A stretch of DNA of 11,685 bases, taken from contig JBHGNT010001136.1 in the NCBI GenBank assembly GCA_043228905.1, positions 1-11,685 of the forward strand, read 5' to 3'. A program made the position numbers and the translations under genes. The stretch is from Azolla caroliniana. Lineage: Eukaryota; Plantae; Polypodiophyta. The notes below the pieces were generated by a model, which saw only the letters and a program-made list of their open reading frames with translations, did not search any database and had not been told where the DNA came from. Below are positions 8,553-11,685 of the stretch, piece by piece (position 1 is the first letter of the stretch; each line of letters starts with the position of its first letter).

Positions 8553-9426
8553 ATGTTTAGCCGCAGACGCCCTAGAGAACCAACACGACAAGACCGACCA
8601 ATCACAAGGTCCGTCACACGCCAGGCAGAGGAACGTGCATGGCAAAAGCCTCGCCTCAGCGACCTTAGTACTACCTGCCGGGATTACAAAGAGGATTCTG
8701 TGCACTCCAAATACCTCGATGATACACGGGGATTACGCTCACCACAGCCACCCTGTGGTCTTTCCTGACCCGCCGTATCCCCCAACATGGCCTTTGCCTA
8801 TCCCCGCTTTAACGGCGAAACCGACGCTGCAACCCATATTGGCATGTTCCTTTATGTCTAGAATGCGAACCACATGGCGTAGAGCCTTTCGGAGGCGGCA
8901 ACGCACTAGTCGAAAATGACGGAGTTTGGGTTAACATTGGATGGCCGACAGAGACGATAGCAGACTTCAGCTTACGTTTCCAAAATTTACGGCGGAAACT
9001 AGAACAGAGCCCCGCGGAGGACAAGGCTCGAGAGACATTTCTGGCAGCATTACGCCGACCCATATGGGCAACGCTCAACAACAATAGCGTGAAAGGGGAA
9101 ACAACGGATATGGTCATTGAACGAGCATTACAGCTCGAGTTGGATGAGGAGGAGGAAAGGTTTTCTATGTCCTCCTTATGACAAGTGTTACCCCAGGACG
9201 AGGAATGCCAATTTCGTCAAGCCATCCAGTGCACGATTTGCTTGAACTCGGGGCATTCCGTAGTGGAGTGCAACATGCGAATCCACTGCCCAGTCTGCCA
9301 CTCGAAGGCTCACACAGTCGACCAATGCGAATACAATATGTTGAACAGAGCTGCTCCCACAGTCCGCAGCATGGACACACAACGTCCCCCACGCCGTACG
9401 AAACAAAGGAGGCAAGAAGACCGACC
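8553..9426 (+). pseudogene. gag: Gag of element E with two CCHC zinc knuckles
   Basis: YPRFNGETDAATHI..FGLTLDG, frame change near 8945, then ETIADFSLRFQNL..ETFLAALR; CTICLNSGHSVVEC 9230-9271 and CPVCHSKAHTVDQC 9287-9328; several stops. Confidence 0.8.
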
Positions 9427-9690
9427 TGTTAAACAACAGGGCTCGGCCACAACCGAGGAATAGAATCAACTCACAGAAAACAGGGAATACAAAATGCTCG
9501 AAGACAATAGAGAGAAACATACACAGGATGTTTTACGTGGAAAACCCTAAATGGGAAAAACCACGGGAGTCCACAAACTCCAACTATCACTATGAACAGA
9601 GATGTACAATGGTGAAGCCACAAGGCAACAACCTTGAGCTCACTGTCTTCGCCACAGGCGGCGGTAATACACAGAGGCGACGACCTCTTC

Positions 9691-9695
<5 letters not shown>

Positions 9696-9721
<26 letters not shown>
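9696..9721. repeat. (TC)13 microsatellite inside LTR F
   Basis: Perfect dinucleotide run. A shorter GA run lies at the equivalent post-TATA position in LTR C (6028-6040). Confidence 0.95.
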
Positions 9722-9879
9722 GGCTGCTCTCTTCACTCTCTCTAAGTGAAAACAGAAAAAATGAGCAACAACAACAAACTGTTTGCCCTAAGTCATATTT
9801 ATACACATATGACTTTCGGGCTATTTACAAATATAGCCTCAAGGGCTCTTGGCAAAACATATTCACAAATATGTCCCCG

Positions 9880-10074
9880 CATCCGGATCTCTCTCCGGGT
9901 ACATTCGTCATCCGGCTCCGTAGCCGGGGTCTTCAGCATCCGGCTCCGTAGCCGGGGTCTTCATCATCCGGATCCGTATCCGGGTACTTCATCATCCGGA
10001 TCCGTATCCGGGTACTCTTCATCCGGCTTCATGCCGGGTATTCTTCATCATCCGGTTCCGTAACCGCAACCGGG
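9880..10074. repeat. Seven tandem 27-29 bp units in U3 of LTR F
   Basis: CATCCGG starts at 9880, 9909, 9937, 9965, 9993, 10020 and 10049; consensus CATCCGGxTCCGTAxCCGGGkwCTTCAT. Confidence 0.92.
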
Positions 10075-10129
10075 CTTGCCGTCATTCATCTCCGGACATC
10101 CCATCCGGAGGGACCGAAATCCCAACAAA

Positions 10130-10139
10130 CTCCCCCTTC
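10130..10139 (-). promoter_or_regulatory. Polypurine tract of element F
   Basis: GAAGGGGGAG on minus, overlapping the pol stop codon and 2 nt before TGTTGG. Confidence 0.9.
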
Positions 10140-11685
10140 ACTTCGGCATGGGATGTCTCTCCAATCCGATCCTCTTCCGGCATGCTTCCAGCTTGTCGGG
10201 TGTGAGCACCTTGGTCAGCATATCCGACCCGTTCTCGTCCGTGTGGACCTTCGTCAGTACGAGCTCTTTATCTTCTATCCTTTCCCGGATCCAGTGGTAT
10301 CTACGCTGGATGTGTTTCGTCCGGGAATGGTAGGCCGCGTTCTTCGCAAGGTGGATGGCACTCTGACTATCGCAGTAGAGCCGGTACTCCTCCTGCCGGA
10401 TACCGAGCTCTCTAATGAAGTCCTTCATCCAAATTATTTCCTTGCCAGCTTCAACAGCCGCCATGTACTCCGCCTCCGTGGTTGACAACGCAACCGTCTT
10501 CTGCAACCTCGACTGCCACGAAACAGCTCCCCCTGCATATGTCATTACATACCCTGATGTAGACCGGTTGGTATCCGCATCAGCCGACATGTCCGAATCG
10601 GTAAATCCATCGAGTTCGGGCTTACCGGAGCCGAATCGGAGACACATGTTCGAAGTGCCCTTTAAGTATCGGAGTATCCATTTGACCGCGTTCCAGTGCT
10701 CTTTGCCGGGATTGCTCATGTATCGGCTCACCACTCCAACTGCATATCCTATGTCCGGTCTTGTACACACCATTGCGTACATCAAGCTTCCAACGGCAGA
10801 GGCATATGGTACTTTCATCATGTCCTCCTTCTCAGCCTTTGTCTTGGGGCTTTGCTTGCTGGACAACTTGCAGTTTGCCGGGAGGGTTGACCCGACCGGT
10901 CTTGCTTCCGACATGTTGAACCGGTGAAGCACCTTTGTCACGTACTTCTCCTGTGACAGCCACAACTGCTTCTTCTTCCGGTCCCGGATGATGTGCATCC
11001 CTAGTATTTGCCTCGCCGGACCCAGGTCCTTCATTGAGAAGGTTTGGTGAAGCGCTTTCTTCAGCATCCGTATCTTGACCTGGTCCCGTCTGACGATCAA
11101 CATGTCGTCCACGTACAGGAGGAGTATTAGAGAGTCTCCTCCTTCGAACTTCTTCACAAACACGCAGTGATCAGACTGCGTTTTGTGGTACCCTTCGTCG
11201 GTCATGAAGGAGTCGAACTTCCAGTACCATTGCCGGGGAGCCTGCTTCAGTCCGTAAAGGCTCTTCTTCAACCGGCATACCAGGTGCTCCTTCCCTTTCT
11301 TCTCGAATCCTTCCGGTTGCTGCATGTAGATCTCTTCTTCGAGGTCACCGTGAAGGAATGCCGTCTTCACGTCCATCTGTTCTACCTCGAGGTCCACGCT
11401 TGCCGCTATGCTCAACACCGTCCGGATGGAGGTCATCTTCACTACCGGGGCGAATATCTCGTCGAAGTCGACGCCCTTCTTCTGCTGAAACCCCTTCACC
11501 ACGATCCTGGCTTTGTATCTCGGGGGGTTTCCGGCATCTCCCGGTTTCAGCTTGAACACCCACTTGTTTCGAAGTGCCCGCTTTCCTTTCGGCAACTCCA
11601 CAAGTTCATATGTGTGGTTCTCATGCAGGGAATCCATCTCGTCCTGCATGGCACTCAACCACCTGCGGCTCTGGGTGTCATGCTT
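10138..11685 (-). CDS. pol: Copia Pol, reverse transcriptase plus RNase H (5'-partial, intact frame)
   Basis: Open for 515 codons to the window edge. KWVFKLK, RYKARIVVKGF, QMDVKTAFLHG, LYGLKQAPRQW, YVDD (11104-11115), FTDSDM, STTEAEY, CDSQSAI, SDMLTK; strongly Tnt1-like. Confidence 0.96.
   Translation of the reverse strand, partial: KHDTQSRRWLSAMQDEMDSLHENHTYELVELPKGKRALRNKWVFKLKPGDAGNPPRYKARIVVKGFQQKKGVDFDEIFAPVVKMTSIRTVLSIAASVDLEVEQMDVKTAFLHGDLEEEIYMQQPEGFEKKGKEHLVCRLKKSLYGLKQAPRQWYWKFDSFMTDEGYHKTQSDHCVFVKKFEGGDSLILLLYVDDMLIVRRDQVKIRMLKKALHQTFSMKDLGPARQILGMHIIRDRKKKQLWLSQEKYVTKVLHRFNMSEARPVGSTLPANCKLSSKQSPKTKAEKEDMMKVPYASAVGSLMYAMVCTRPDIGYAVGVVSRYMSNPGKEHWNAVKWILRYLKGTSNMCLRFGSGKPELDGFTDSDMSADADTNRSTSGYVMTYAGGAVSWQSRLQKTVALSTTEAEYMAAVEAGKEIIWMKDFIRELGIRQEEYRLYCDSQSAIHLAKNAAYHSRTKHIQRRYHWIRERIEDKELVLTKVHTDENGSDMLTKVLTPDKLEACRKRIGLERHPMPK

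Larger units (their letters stand above)
8060..9426 (+). mobile_element. Gypsy-type (non-chromovirus-like) element E: 5' LTR, PBS and degenerate gag, interrupted by element F
   Basis: LTR, tRNA-Arg PBS and gag-like frame. No pol is visible, so the superfamily is inferred from the PBS and gag style. Confidence 0.75.
9427..10127 (-). repeat. 3' LTR of element F (701 bp)
   Basis: Minus strand TGTTGGG...TTTAACA, starting 2 nt after the PPT; TATAAATA at 9796-9803 (minus). Confidence 0.9.
9427..11685 (-). mobile_element. Ty1/copia element F (Tnt1/Tto1-like, Tork lineage), 3' part; continues beyond the window
   Basis: Uninterrupted RT-RNase H ORF, PPT and 3' LTR in canonical order. Flank CGACC 9422-9426 is the predicted TSD. 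Confidence 0.95.

Noticed and set aside
9471-10063. ORFs within LTR F, and 5517-6240 near LTR C, as env-like or accessory genes
   Set aside because: They are translations of microsatellite, tandem-repeat and LTR sequence and cross element boundaries.
9880-10074. CRISPR array (28-bp palindromic repeats)
   Set aside because: Units are contiguous with no unique spacers, lie inside an LTR, and there are no cas genes; the context is eukaryotic.
10153-10927. Antisense ORFs over pol F, and similar ones over element A
   Set aside because: Shadow frames of GC-rich coding sequence with no recognisable motifs.

Overview
Eukaryotic heterochromatin-type window made almost entirely of nested, mostly decayed LTR retrotransposons. 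A non-seed plant such as a moss is likely (inference from the element types); no host gene is visible. In order: unclassified repeat-like DNA with a concentric palindrome (1-421); Ty1/copia element A on + (5' LTR 422-836, tRNA-iMet PBS, gag-PR-IN-RT-RNase H pseudogene, unusual post-RNase H tail with a 232-bp tandem duplication, no 3' LTR); an isolated Tnt1/Tork-type LTR without TSD (C, 5791-6307); the 5' end of a relative of A on - (B, 6308-7614), whose LTR is split by a solo LTR with a CCGAT TSD (D, 7085-7518); a Ty3/gypsy chromovirus-type protease relic (7615-8059); a gypsy-type element with tRNA-Arg PBS and double-zinc-knuckle gag (E, 8060-9426); and the 3' half of an apparently intact Tnt1/Tork-like copia on - (F, 9427 to the window end). 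I see no convincing new multi-gene system. The most unusual signals are stem-preserving (co-varying) dyads in several LTRs, the Pol C-terminal extension of A, and the concentric palindrome at 209-330.
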